A DNA stretch of 63,832 bases, filler included, from Lama guanicoe (GCA_013239625.1; 201 parts of 201 records of this genome joined end to end with filler, not necessarily neighbours in it), one strand, 5' to 3'; counted from the whole stretch's first letter, positions 25,162 through 36,787 are shown. Translations and numbers: made by a program. Notes: generated by a model not told the origin, from the letters alone.

Positions 25162-25489
25162 GTACGTCCCCAACCGGGGCGGGGGGGCCTGAAGCCCCTT
25201 CTCATCTCCCGCTGATCACTTCCAGGATGTGCTGGGCGCTGCCGGAGACCCTGCCCTCAGTGCTAGCAAAATCGGCCTCACTTAGGGAGGCAAGGGCACC
25301 TCACACGCCCAAGGCCTCTCAGCCAGAACAGGCAGAGTTGNNNNNNNNNNNNNNNNNNNNNNNNNNNNNNNNNNNNNNNNNNNNTTAATTAATTAANNNN
25401 NNNNNNNNNNNNNNNNNNNNNNNNNNNNNNNNNNNNNNNNGATTTTATGTATTATTGATAAGCAGTCCCCTCACCCCAAGTGGCAACCT

Positions 25490-25568
25490 TAGGATTTTCT
25501 ACATATAAACTCATGTCATCTGCAAAGACAGACAGTTTTACTTCATCTTTTCCAATTTGGATGCCTTA
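25490..25568 (-). mobile_element. L1 ORF2 fragment (antisense)
   Basis: aggattttctacatataaactcatgtcatctgcaaagacagacagttttacttc...tttccaatttggatgcctt. Confidence 0.8.
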
Positions 25569-25758
25569 AAGCTGATTTTCAATCCTTGATTTCCTTTTTT
25601 TTAACTTGATAAATAGGCAGGAAATCATGTAAATACCACAAAAGACACTTTGAATTAANNNNNNNNNNNNNNNNNNNNNNNNNNNNNNNNNNNNNNNNNN
25701 NNTTAATTAATTAANNNNNNNNNNNNNNNNNNNNNNNNNNNNNNNNNNNNNNNNNNNN

Positions 25759-25958
25759 AGGGACATTTTGGGTCAGATCATTCTTTGTTGTGGGGGGCTG
25801 TACAGTGTACTATAGGGTGGTCAGCAGCATCCCTGGCCTCTACCCACTGGATGACAATAACACCCCCAGTTGTGACAACTAAAAGTGTCTCCAAACATTG
25901 TCAATTGTCCCCTGGGGATCAAAATCCCCCCCGGCCTCCCCACAATTGAGAACCACTG
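25759..25958 (-). mobile_element. MER20 hAT-Charlie MITE
   Basis: cagcagcatccctggcctctacccactggatg...cagttgtgacaactaaaagtgtctccaaacattg...ttgagaaccactg terminal inverted repeat. Confidence 0.9.
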
Positions 25959-26394
25959 TTGTGATGGGAGAGGCAANNNNNNNNNNNNNNNNNNNNNNNN
26001 NNNNNNNNNNNNNNNNNNNNTTAATTAATTAANNNNNNNNNNNNNNNNNNNNNNNNNNNNNNNNNNNNNNNNNNNNCTCCACCACCTCCTCGCCCTACCC
26101 CCGCCTCTTCTCTGTTCTTTCCTCCGTCTTGCCTTTACATTCATCCTGTTGACAATCTCACATGGCGCTTTTTTGGACCACATGGTTTATCCCTTGTCAC
26201 CAGCCAAACAGCCCTATTATATTAATTTATTGTCCTTTCCGGTAGCTTGTAGCCTTCCTGTAAACCTCCCCTTTCCCATGCGGGGTTTGCCCATNNNNNN
26301 NNNNNNNNNNNNNNNNNNNNNNNNNNNNNNNNNNNNNNTTAATTAATTAANNNNNNNNNNNNNNNNNNNNNNNNNNNNNNNNNNNNNNNNNNNN

Positions 26395-26612
26395 CAAGTG
26401 GAGAAGAAATGAGCTGGCTCCACTGAGCCTTGTCTAAACACAGGTTTGTGAACCAAGCAAATGCTGTTTTGAGTCAACAGGCTTTGAGGCTGGTTATTAT
26501 ATAAATTATTAGCAATAAATAACTGGCACAGATACTGGTATTAAAAATGGGGCACAGCCATTGAAAAAGAACCCAAAATGTGGGGATGCCTTTGAACCTG
26601 GAGGTAGGTGAA
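26395..26612 (+). mobile_element. MLT1 MaLR LTR 3' end joined to the start of the internal region
   Basis: LTR end agcaataaataactggcaCA (26530), followed by gatactggtattaaaaatgggg...aaaatgtggggatgcctttgaac. Confidence 0.7.
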
Positions 26613-27030
26613 NNNNNNNNNNNNNNNNNNNNNNNNNNNNNNNNNNNNNNNNNNNNTTAATTAATTAANNNNNNNNNNNNNNNNNNNNNNNNNNNNNNNN
26701 NNNNNNNNNNNNCCTCATATTCCTTCTCGATGATGTTAGAAATTGTCGATGCCAGTTGACACTTCCAGTAAGCTTGGTAACAGCAATATCTGCCATATTT
26801 GCTTTCTTTTTTTAAAAGTTTAAAAAAAAAACCCTCTAGCTCACTGAGCTGAGTCCTTCTGCGGTTCATTCATGACTGTCGCCCCCCCTCACATGCTCCA
26901 TGAGCTACCAAAGCCCATGTGAGATGTTAGNNNNNNNNNNNNNNNNNNNNNNNNNNNNNNNNNNNNNNNNNNNNTTAATTAATTAANNNNNNNNNNNNNN
27001 NNNNNNNNNNNNNNNNNNNNNNNNNNNNNN

Positions 27031-27248
27031 ACCTGTACAAAGATGTTTATAGCAGCTTTATTCATAATTACTAATACCTGGAAGCAACCGAAATGTCCCT
27101 CAGTAGGTGAGTGGATGAATAAACTGTTGGTACATCTGGACAATGGAGTGTTACTCAGTATTAAAGAGAAATGAGCTATCAAAACATGGAAAGACCTGGA
27201 GGAAGCTGAAAGGAATATGACTTAGTGAAAGAAGCCAATCGTAAAAGG
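27031..27248 (+). mobile_element. L1MB-type 3' region
   Basis: gatgtttatagcagctttattcataat...ggaagcaaccgaaatgtccctcagtaggtgagtggatgaataaactg. Confidence 0.9.
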
Positions 27249-28621
27249 NNNNNNNNNNNNNNNNNNNNNNNNNNNNNNNNNNNNNNNNNNNNTTAATTAA
27301 TTAANNNNNNNNNNNNNNNNNNNNNNNNNNNNNNNNNNNNNNNNNNNNAAAGTAATTGGTATACAGGCCTGGTCCGGTGTCTTGGGTCAGCTGTCTGCCT
27401 CAGATGTCTTCTTCTCATCCTGGTCTGGTAGCTTCTTCATTTGAGCATTGTTTTAAGGAGAGCAGTATTCTATAGGCCAGTCCAGCACAGGGGCTCTTTT
27501 TGACTGGAAATTAATCTAAAAGTCAGTTTCCTTCAGCTTTTGCTGTGCATGGTCTAGTTAAGAGTANNNNNNNNNNNNNNNNNNNNNNNNNNNNNNNNNN
27601 NNNNNNNNNNTTAATTAATTAANNNNNNNNNNNNNNNNNNNNNNNNNNNNNNNNNNNNNNNNNNNNCTGGTTTCACCTAAAGGGCATGCGTACCTGGAGA
27701 ATGAGTCTGAAATGATGTGGGGGGAAAAATAGCTATTTTTCTTAAAAAAAAGAAAAAGAAAGAATGAAACACTTATGCTTTGGATAAATTCATGTCAAAT
27801 GGCCAGATATTATGTGCTGGGTAGTGGGCGAGGTATTGCAGGGGTTCACTGGGAAATAATGTCTGGGTTTATTCTTAAGAAGTGNNNNNNNNNNNNNNNN
27901 NNNNNNNNNNNNNNNNNNNNNNNNNNNNTTAATTAATTAANNNNNNNNNNNNNNNNNNNNNNNNNNNNNNNNNNNNNNNNNNNNAACTGGGGAAACTGGA
28001 GCAGTCACAGTCCCTGAAAATTACCTCATCAGCCGTCTCAGCTTCAGTGATCTGGGGGCGCTAACGGTGAATACTTCAGACGAACTAAGCGAGTGTGAGT
28101 TGGCTGCAAGCAAAGCCTTTTATACTGATCCTAACGTAATCAAGATTTATGTCTTATTGGTACCTAAATTGACTAAGAAGGCCAGCTGGGGGAAATGTGA
28201 CTNNNNNNNNNNNNNNNNNNNNNNNNNNNNNNNNNNNNNNNNNNNNTTAATTAATTAANNNNNNNNNNNNNNNNNNNNNNNNNNNNNNNNNNNNNNNNNN
28301 NNAAGCTGAGTAGTTACCGTTAGGAGAGTGTGACCAATGATGCCATCTGTCTCATCAATCCATGAGAATAGCATAACAATCAAATATATTAAAGGATTTG
28401 TAATATATTTAAAATAATGTTATTGTAAATTTGTCCAAACTTGAGGTGGTTATGATACACAGAATATAAATTGTAAATACCCAGAGGACATATGTAGACA
28501 TTATACTTGACACAGAGGGANNNNNNNNNNNNNNNNNNNNNNNNNNNNNNNNNNNNNNNNNNNNTTAATTAATTAANNNNNNNNNNNNNNNNNNNNNNNN
28601 NNNNNNNNNNNNNNNNNNNNG

Positions 28622-28837
28622 GGCTCCGAGGGCCCCCGGCTCCGGGCTCCGCGCCCCCGGCCCCGCCACCGCCTCGGGCAGCGACTCCTCCGAGTCGGTG
28701 CGCAGGTCCTCGTCGTCGTCCTCGTCCTCGTCGTCGTCGTCCTCCTCGTCGTCCTCGTCGTCGTCGTCCTCGTCGTCGTCCGCCTCCTCCTCATTCAGCT
28801 CCAGCTCCTCCTCCTCGTCCTCCTGCGAGGACAGGCC
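28622..28837 (-). CDS. CASZ1: Castor zinc finger 1, last-exon acidic region, partial
   Basis: A minus-strand frame absent from the ORF track is open throughout: [81 protein letters not shown]...[13 protein letters not shown] matches the remembered CASZ1 long-isoform C-terminus. Confidence 0.85.
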
Positions 28838-28938
28838 TNNNNNNNNNNNNNNNNNNNNNNNNNNNNNNNNNNNNNNNNNNNNTTAATTAATTAANNNNNN
28901 NNNNNNNNNNNNNNNNNNNNNNNNNNNNNNNNNNNNNN

Positions 28939-29156
28939 AAATTTATATGAAATCACAAAAGACCCAGAACTGCCAAAGCAATACTGACAAAAATGAATGA
29001 AGCTGGAAGAATAATCCTCAGACTTCCGACAGTACTACAAAAACTACAGTAATCAAAACAGCCTGGTATTGGTACAAAAACAGATATATGGATCAGAATA
29101 GGGAGCCCAGAAATAAACCCACACACCTACAGTCAATTAATCATCGACAAAGGAGG
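28939..29156 (+). mobile_element. L1 ORF2 3' region, degenerate
   Basis: aaatttatatgaaatcacaaaagacccagaactgccaaagcaatactg...ctacagtaatcaaaacagcctggtattggtacaaaaacaga. Confidence 0.9.
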
Positions 29157-29256
29157 NNNNNNNNNNNNNNNNNNNNNNNNNNNNNNNNNNNNNNNNNNNN
29201 TTAATTAATTAANNNNNNNNNNNNNNNNNNNNNNNNNNNNNNNNNNNNNNNNNNNN

Positions 29257-29390
29257 ATGATCCCTTTTAGGGTCCCTGTGTACCAGGGAGGAAACTGAAA
29301 GTAATTAAGAGGTTTTCGCCAAGTTACATGGACAGTGATTGGAAACAGACCCATGACCAGTGGATCCTGAAGCCAGTGCTCTCGGTCACT
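29257..29390 (-). mobile_element. MIR SINE core
   Basis: gaggaaactgaaagtaattaaga...gccaagttaca...gaagccagtgctct. Confidence 0.55.
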
Positions 29391-30210
29391 CTGTTCTGCT
29401 TGCTCCTTTCTGCTGTTCTGCCTCTGTGATTGCTTTTGGCCATTTGGACTTGGAAAAATGATGCAAATATGGAGNNNNNNNNNNNNNNNNNNNNNNNNNN
29501 NNNNNNNNNNNNNNNNNNTTAATTAATTAANNNNNNNNNNNNNNNNNNNNNNNNNNNNNNNNNNNNNNNNNNNNGATGTGTAAGAACTCCATGTGAATCT
29601 ATAATTACCTCAAAATCAAAAAATTTGATTAAAACAAATGCTCTGTTAAGATAATGAATATGAAAGCCACAAAGTAAGAGGAAATATTCTGGTGACATAT
29701 ATGAAGAGACTTATAGCCAGATTATATAAGGAATGCCTACTACTACATGATAAGATGAAAAGGTATAAATAAAATGAACAAAAGACTTGAAANNNNNNNN
29801 NNNNNNNNNNNNNNNNNNNNNNNNNNNNNNNNNNNNTTAATTAATTAANNNNNNNNNNNNNNNNNNNNNNNNNNNNNNNNNNNNNNNNNNNNGGATACAG
29901 CTTTGGTACCTTGGGACTGACTGAGGTCCAAGCTGTATTAACGCCCTGCCATTTGTACTAGTTCAACTGTAGAAAAGGAAGTGCCACTTCCTATGGTCCC
30001 AGAGCCCTACAAGAATAAGTCGTTGGAAATACATCTTTTGAAAGATGAAAACTTCACAATCGGCGCCCAAGAATTTGAATTTGGTTTTACAACTGACAGA
30101 TCACCAGCGANNNNNNNNNNNNNNNNNNNNNNNNNNNNNNNNNNNNNNNNNNNNTTAATTAATTAANNNNNNNNNNNNNNNNNNNNNNNNNNNNNNNNNN
30201 NNNNNNNNNN

Positions 30211-30428
30211 CCTATCAAGATATGGAATATTTCTATCACCCCAAAATGTTCCCTCATGTGACCCCCACAATCAACTTTCACCCTCCCCACCCATCTATGT
30301 GGTCTGCACTCTGAATTCTTTTATCACAAATTAGTTTTGTATGTCCTAGAACCCCATGTAAATGGTATCATTAAAGTATGTATTTATTTGTGCCTGACTT
30401 ATTTCATTCAGCGTATTTTTTGAAGTTC
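30211..30428 (-). mobile_element. Old L1M 3' region (antisense)
   Basis: atcaagatatggaatatttctatcaccccaaaatgttccctcatg...ctagaaccccatgtaaatggtatcat. Confidence 0.8.
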
Positions 30429-30589
30429 NNNNNNNNNNNNNNNNNNNNNNNNNNNNNNNNNNNNNNNNNNNNTTAATTAATTAANNNNNNNNNNNNNNNN
30501 NNNNNNNNNNNNNNNNNNNNNNNNNNNNACAATTTTGCATTGTTACTGTGTATAAATTATTCCTACATAAAATTAAAATAAAATGTTAA

Positions 30590-30697
30590 GTGCTCACTTT
30601 GGCAGCACATACGCTAAAATTGGAACGATGCAGAGAAGATTAGCATGGCCTCTGCTCAAGGATGACATGCAAATTTGTGAAGCGTTCCATATATTTT
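30590..30697 (+). pseudogene. RNU6: Full-length U6 snRNA retropseudogene
   Basis: gtgctcactttggcagcacatacgctaaaattggaacgatgcagagaagattagcatggcctctgctcaaggatgacatgcaaatttgtgaagcgttccatatatttt is U6 with about 9 substitutions, several at CpG. The ACAGAGA box is mutated to GCAGAGA. Confidence 0.95.
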
Positions 30698-30745
30698 GGA
30701 ATTTGACACAACATTGTAAAATGACTATAACTCAATAAAAAACGT
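30698..30745 (+). mobile_element. L1 extreme 3' end fused to U6 (U6/L1 chimera)
   Basis: ggaatttgacacaacattgtaaaatgactataactcaataaaaaa, a cetartiodactyl-type L1 terminus with AATAAA, directly after the U6 T-tract. Confidence 0.8.
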
Positions 30746-30845
30746 NNNNNNNNNNNNNNNNNNNNNNNNNNNNNNNNNNNNNNNNNNNNTTAATTAATTA
30801 ANNNNNNNNNNNNNNNNNNNNNNNNNNNNNNNNNNNNNNNNNNNN

Positions 30846-31381
30846 ACAAAAGAAAGAAGGGGGCTTCTGAGCCTCCCAGGATGGAGGTCAGACCTCAGCT
30901 CCACACTTTGTGGCACCGGCTATAAATTATCCCCTTTCTGACCCTTGGTCCTCCTTCACTCCCCCTAAAATTGTTCTGAGGAGAGCCTGTGCTGAGAGAA
31001 TCTCCGTTCCATCTTCACCCTCTACCCTCTCCCTTCCAACCTGGCCATCCCAGCCCCTGGGAANNNNNNNNNNNNNNNNNNNNNNNNNNNNNNNNNNNNN
31101 NNNNNNNTTAATTAATTAANNNNNNNNNNNNNNNNNNNNNNNNNNNNNNNNNNNNNNNNNNNNACAAAAGAAAGAAGGGGGCTTCTGAGCCTCCCAGGAT
31201 GGAGGTCAGACCGCAGCTCCACACTTCGTGGCACCGGGTATAAATTATCCCCTTTCTGACCCTTGGTTCTCCTTCACTCCCCCTAAAATTGTTCTGAGGA
31301 GAGCGGGTGCTGAGAGAATGTCCATTCCATCGTCACCCTCTACCCTCTCCCTTCCAACCTGGCCATCCCAGCCCCTGGGAA
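30846..31381 (+). repeat. Near-identical contig pair (30846-31063 / 31164-31381), assembly bubble
   Basis: Identical 49-nt ends; 9 differences in the 120-nt core. Confidence 0.95.
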
Positions 31382-31481
31382 NNNNNNNNNNNNNNNNNNN
31401 NNNNNNNNNNNNNNNNNNNNNNNNNTTAATTAATTAANNNNNNNNNNNNNNNNNNNNNNNNNNNNNNNNNNNNNNNNNNNN

Positions 31482-31699
31482 TCATCTATTGGGAGACTTA
31501 AGTGATTTTTCCATATCTTCGCTATTGTAAGTAAATTAATTGGTAGAATTTTTTGAGAAACTTTTGTGAAGTTTTCCATACAGGCTGCAGCAATTTACAT
31601 TCCCACCAACAATGTGCAAGAATTCCTATCTTTCTGTGTTCTTACCAACTCTTGTTATTTTTTTGTCTCCTTGATAATAGCCATTCTAAGAGATAAGAG
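31482..31699 (-). mobile_element. L1 fragment (antisense)
   Basis: ggctgcagcaatttacattcccaccaacaatgtgcaaga...ttgataatagccattctaa. Confidence 0.85.
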
Positions 31700-33071
31700 N
31701 NNNNNNNNNNNNNNNNNNNNNNNNNNNNNNNNNNNNNNNNNNNTTAATTAATTAANNNNNNNNNNNNNNNNNNNNNNNNNNNNNNNNNNNNNNNNNNNNA
31801 GAGCCCTCTGCCTTCTGCACTGCACGTCCTGTGTGCTGGGCCGGCACCCTCACCCCTCCCCTTGCTCCCTGCAAGTGACAGAGGGGCTTCCAGGGTGCCT
31901 TAGGTCCAGACTGATCCAGCCTGTCTCCAGGTAGCAGCCCCTTCACCTGGGCTCGGGGTGTTGCCTCCATCACCTCTCTCTGCCCCGCTAGCAACGTCTG
32001 CCTCACAGCCCCAAGTANNNNNNNNNNNNNNNNNNNNNNNNNNNNNNNNNNNNNNNNNNNNTTAATTAATTAANNNNNNNNNNNNNNNNNNNNNNNNNNN
32101 NNNNNNNNNNNNNNNNNAGGCTTTCCTCCCCCTCAGGCCCTGGGGCTGGGGCCATGAATCTGGGTCACCCTGGGTGGCCGTGGCCTCCCAGAACCACCTG
32201 GGAAGGGCAGGCGGAGGACCTCTCTTGATGAAGTGGGGTCTTACCCCGGTTTTGAAGTCTCAGAATCAAATGTTGGAATGGGGTAATTTATCAGCCTTGT
32301 TTATCTGCAGGGAAATTTCAGTTCCATCCAGATGTNNNNNNNNNNNNNNNNNNNNNNNNNNNNNNNNNNNNNNNNNNNNTTAATTAATTAANNNNNNNNN
32401 NNNNNNNNNNNNNNNNNNNNNNNNNNNNNNNNNNNCCTTTTAGCCATGAGCTGAGTGCTCCCCACTCCTGCCTCTGGACCACCCTGGTGCCTTCCCTATG
32501 GCCCTGCATGTCATGCCCTCCTGTCTTGAGACTCATGAATACAACAAACTTTCTTCCCCTGTGCCTCTCCTCAGCCTCCTCTTGTGTCTGCACCTGACTA
32601 ACCCTTTCGTAAAAGAATACAAAACAGTGTCCATGTGTGTCTCTGCGCCCGCCNNNNNNNNNNNNNNNNNNNNNNNNNNNNNNNNNNNNNNNNNNNNTTA
32701 ATTAATTAANNNNNNNNNNNNNNNNNNNNNNNNNNNNNNNNNNNNNNNNNNNNACAAGGTCAGTAATAAATTATTGTTCTTTAATTAAACAAAAGGAATG
32801 TTTCTTCAATTAAATAGTTTTATAGTGCTATTCAGGCAGCCTGTGGAACGTCTTAACAGTGTGGATTGTTTTATACCATTTTGAAAGAATGAGTAACTTT
32901 TTAATAAAATGTTGCCCTTGCGGCACTTGAATGTACAATATACGGGAAATTTACTGGATTTAATTTGGTATNNNNNNNNNNNNNNNNNNNNNNNNNNNNN
33001 NNNNNNNNNNNNNNNTTAATTAATTAANNNNNNNNNNNNNNNNNNNNNNNNNNNNNNNNNNNNNNNNNNNN

Positions 33072-33083
33072 ACACATATATAC

Positions 33084-33120
<37 letters not shown>

Positions 33121-33289
33121 GAGTGGAATATTACTCAGCCATAAAACAGAATGGAATAATGCCATTTGCAGCAGCATGAATGAGATTATCATATGAAGTG
33201 AGGAAAGTCAGAGAAAGAAAGACAAATACTGTATGATATCACTTATATGTTGAATCTAAAAAATGATACAAATGAACTTATTTACAAAA
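33072..33289 (+). mobile_element. L1 3' region preceded by a (TA)n(CA)n microsatellite
   Basis: ggaatattactcagccataaaacagaatggaataatgccatttgcagcagcatg...caaatgaacttatttacaaaa. Confidence 0.9.
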
Positions 33290-34025
33290 NNNNNNNNNNN
33301 NNNNNNNNNNNNNNNNNNNNNNNNNNNNNNNNNTTAATTAATTAANNNNNNNNNNNNNNNNNNNNNNNNNNNNNNNNNNNNNNNNNNNNGGAGGGAGCTG
33401 AGGAAGCTTCCTGGAGCATGTGAGCTGCAGGATGAGTCCTGAAAGATGAGGTTTTATTCTAGGGAAGTGAGAGGGGTGTCTCAGGCATCCCAGGAGGAGC
33501 ACAGCACAAGTCTGGTGCACCCACCAAGCCTGGTGGGCCAGACCTCGGTGGGTCCCTAGGTCCTGACCAAGAATGGCCAGGGGGCACCATGACCCCTGAG
33601 CCCCAGCNNNNNNNNNNNNNNNNNNNNNNNNNNNNNNNNNNNNNNNNNNNNTTAATTAATTAANNNNNNNNNNNNNNNNNNNNNNNNNNNNNNNNNNNNN
33701 NNNNNNNGAGAGGAAGAACAGAAATCATCCTCTGCTTTTTCTGTCATGTTTATATGTTACTTTAAAAGAGAGGCATAAATAAGGTAAACTGTGAATCTTC
33801 CCTAATGAAATTTCAGTAATGATATCGTTCTTAAAATCTTAACAGCTTATATTCTTCCTATAACTGTCTTTTCAACAAAGCATCCTATTTATTAAATGTT
33901 AATTAACTCAGTTAATTAACTCCCTNNNNNNNNNNNNNNNNNNNNNNNNNNNNNNNNNNNNNNNNNNNNTTAATTAATTAANNNNNNNNNNNNNNNNNNN
34001 NNNNNNNNNNNNNNNNNNNNNNNNN

Positions 34026-34144
34026 AGTACATGGCAAATTCAAGTTTTGATTCTGGAACTTTCTGGACTTTTTTCCTGAATTTTAGATCCACGGTTGGTT
34101 GAATCTGAGGATGTGGAATCCACAGATATGGAGGACCAACTGCA
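34026..34144 (+). mobile_element. Tigger-family (MER2-like) DNA transposon end
   Basis: gatccacggttggttgaatctgaggatgtggaatccacagatatggaggaccaactg(ca) terminal motif. Confidence 0.75.
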
Positions 34145-35615
34145 TTTACAGCCCTGTGTGTTCTACAGAATAGGCATCGAGCTTCTGGCCAGCGAGAAGG
34201 GAGAATCCATTATGTATCCAGCCCCCAACTTAGATGATCTCATNNNNNNNNNNNNNNNNNNNNNNNNNNNNNNNNNNNNNNNNNNNNTTAATTAATTAAN
34301 NNNNNNNNNNNNNNNNNNNNNNNNNNNNNNNNNNNNNNNNNNNTTGGTGTATTTGTGGGAGAGGGTGAGCTACAAGTGTCCTTCTACTCCACTATCTTTG
34401 CCTTTCTCCTCTACTTATTTTTTATTTAGAGTAAACGTTTCATTATTTCTTTTAGCATAGGCTTAGTATTGATGAATTCTTTTAGTTTTTGCTCGTCTGT
34501 GAAATTCTTTCACTTTCTATTCTAAAGTACAGCCTTACTGCATAAATTATCCTAGGTTGCANNNNNNNNNNNNNNNNNNNNNNNNNNNNNNNNNNNNNNN
34601 NNNNNTTAATTAATTAANNNNNNNNNNNNNNNNNNNNNNNNNNNNNNNNNNNNNNNNNNNNTTGTGAGACAATCACTACCATCTAGTTTCACATTATTTC
34701 TTTCCTCATAATGAAACCTTGGATCCTGAGCACTCACTCCCTTCCCTCCTCACCCAGGCCCTGAGAACCGCAAGTCCTCTTCTCTCTGCGTGTCTTTAAC
34801 TCTCCTGGGTGTTCCCTGTCAATGAAACTTAAAAAAATTTTTTTGTCCCTGCCCACATGTTTCAAGCTGGGGTGTGTATNNNNNNNNNNNNNNNNNNNNN
34901 NNNNNNNNNNNNNNNNNNNNNNNTTAATTAATTAANNNNNNNNNNNNNNNNNNNNNNNNNNNNNNNNNNNNNNNNNNNNTTTCCCCAAATCACATTTGCT
35001 TATATAAATTTGAAAAAAATAACCCAATTATTTCTAAAACAAAACCATATAAATGTGTTTTAAGACATATTTACACATTTTGAAAAACAAGCTATTTTTC
35101 ACAATCATTTAAGTTTTATAATGAAAGTATAGCTGTAGAATAGTGATGTATCATTAATTTTCCACCCAGATTAAATAAACTACGTATTTCAATCCTTNNN
35201 NNNNNNNNNNNNNNNNNNNNNNNNNNNNNNNNNNNNNNNNNTTAATTAATTAANNNNNNNNNNNNNNNNNNNNNNNNNNNNNNNNNNNNNNNNNNNNCAA
35301 GTATTTTGTCATTGAGTCAGCCATCCGACTACCTGTGCTGACCCTCGCCTGGTTGGAAGGCTTAGAGCTTGGTGGTCTCTGGCTGTGTTTGGAAGCCACC
35401 GCTTCTGCCTACCTGTGTTTCTATGAATTGTAGGCACCGTGCCTCCAGTTTCGTTCATCTGATGCGATTTGCTGATATTATCCAGAAGTTACATGAAATT
35501 ATCTTTTTCAGTATTNNNNNNNNNNNNNNNNNNNNNNNNNNNNNNNNNNNNNNNNNNNNTTAATTAATTAANNNNNNNNNNNNNNNNNNNNNNNNNNNNN
35601 NNNNNNNNNNNNNNN

Positions 35616-35833
35616 AATAAAAGGAACTCTCAAGTCTCAAAATAAGAAAACAAACAACCCAATTAAAATAAAGGCACGGGTAGTGGCGAGAGTTAGACAT
35701 ATATAGATCAATAGAATAAAGCAGAGAACCCAGAAATAGATTCACAAAAATAAGCCAACTGATTTTTGACAATCAAAAAGCAATTCAATGGAGGAAACAG
35801 CTCTTTCAACAAGTGGTGCTGGAGCAGTTGAAC
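35616..35833 (+). mobile_element. L1 ORF2 fragments
   Basis: aacaaacaacccaattaaaa... and agacatatatagatcaatagaataaagcagagaacccagaaataga...ctctttcaacaagtggtgctgg. Confidence 0.85.
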
Positions 35834-36569
35834 NNNNNNNNNNNNNNNNNNNNNNNNNNNNNNNNNNNNNNNNNNNNTTAATTAATTAANNNNNNNNNNN
35901 NNNNNNNNNNNNNNNNNNNNNNNNNNNNNNNNNCTTCCCATCTACCAGGTATGGCGCGTGAGTTCCCCAGGCGGCAGAGGTACCAGGGCTGGGACATCTT
36001 GGGCTCCTCAAGTCCTGAGACTCTCCCAGCTGGGAAGCCAGGGAGCCTGAGCCTGCTGTGCTGATCTGAAAGGGATGATGTCTGTCTGTCCCTAGGGAGA
36101 CGCAGCGCCCAGCCCCGGTGGCTCACATGTGAACACACAGCTTGTGGCTCCNNNNNNNNNNNNNNNNNNNNNNNNNNNNNNNNNNNNNNNNNNNNTTAAT
36201 TAATTAANNNNNNNNNNNNNNNNNNNNNNNNNNNNNNNNNNNNNNNNNNNNCAGAAAAACATTCCAAAGGAGATACGGTTATATGCTAGTAAAGTGTGTA
36301 TTTTTTACATGTTTTGTGATTTGAAAAACACTATTATAAAAGCCTCCCATTCTCAAAAGGTGTTCCCTACCAGACAGGTAATTCAAGAATTGATTCATTT
36401 GTCTTTTTGGTTTTTTTTTTCCTAAATTAGAACACCAACAACAGGAGTCTCCAGTAAACTTTCCAAGGANNNNNNNNNNNNNNNNNNNNNNNNNNNNNNN
36501 NNNNNNNNNNNNNTTAATTAATTAANNNNNNNNNNNNNNNNNNNNNNNNNNNNNNNNNNNNNNNNNNNN

Positions 36570-36787
36570 TTAAGAAGCTGCCAACTTTTTTCAGACATTC
36601 TGCACCAGATCACACTTCTCTTAGTCACACATGTACCACCCAGCTTCTCCGCATCTTTGCCAGCATGTGGGGTTGTCTGGATTTTTATTGTAGCCCCTCT
36701 GATAGGTGAGAAGTGGTACCTCACTGTGGTTTCACTGCATTGCCCTCCTGGCTGATAAGGGAGGGCTGTTCATGTGCTCATGGACAC
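36570..36787 (-). mobile_element. L1 fragment (antisense)
   Basis: gcatctttgccagcatgtggggttgtc...ctgataggtgagaagtggtacctcactgtggtttcactgcatt. Confidence 0.8.

Noticed and set aside
28573..28886. Poly-Ser (+) and Arg/Thr-rich (-) ORFs
   Set aside because: These are alternative frames of the acidic CASZ1-like coding tract.
30590..30697. Functional U6 snRNA gene
   Set aside because: The ACAGAGA box is mutated, CpGs have decayed, and it is fused to an L1 tail with an L1-like upstream flank rather than a U6 promoter. It is a retrocopy.
33898..33920. Palindrome gttaattaact-c-agttaattaac resembling the linker
   Set aside because: It is genuine contig sequence not flanked by N's. It is a short AT-rich palindrome with no evidence of function.
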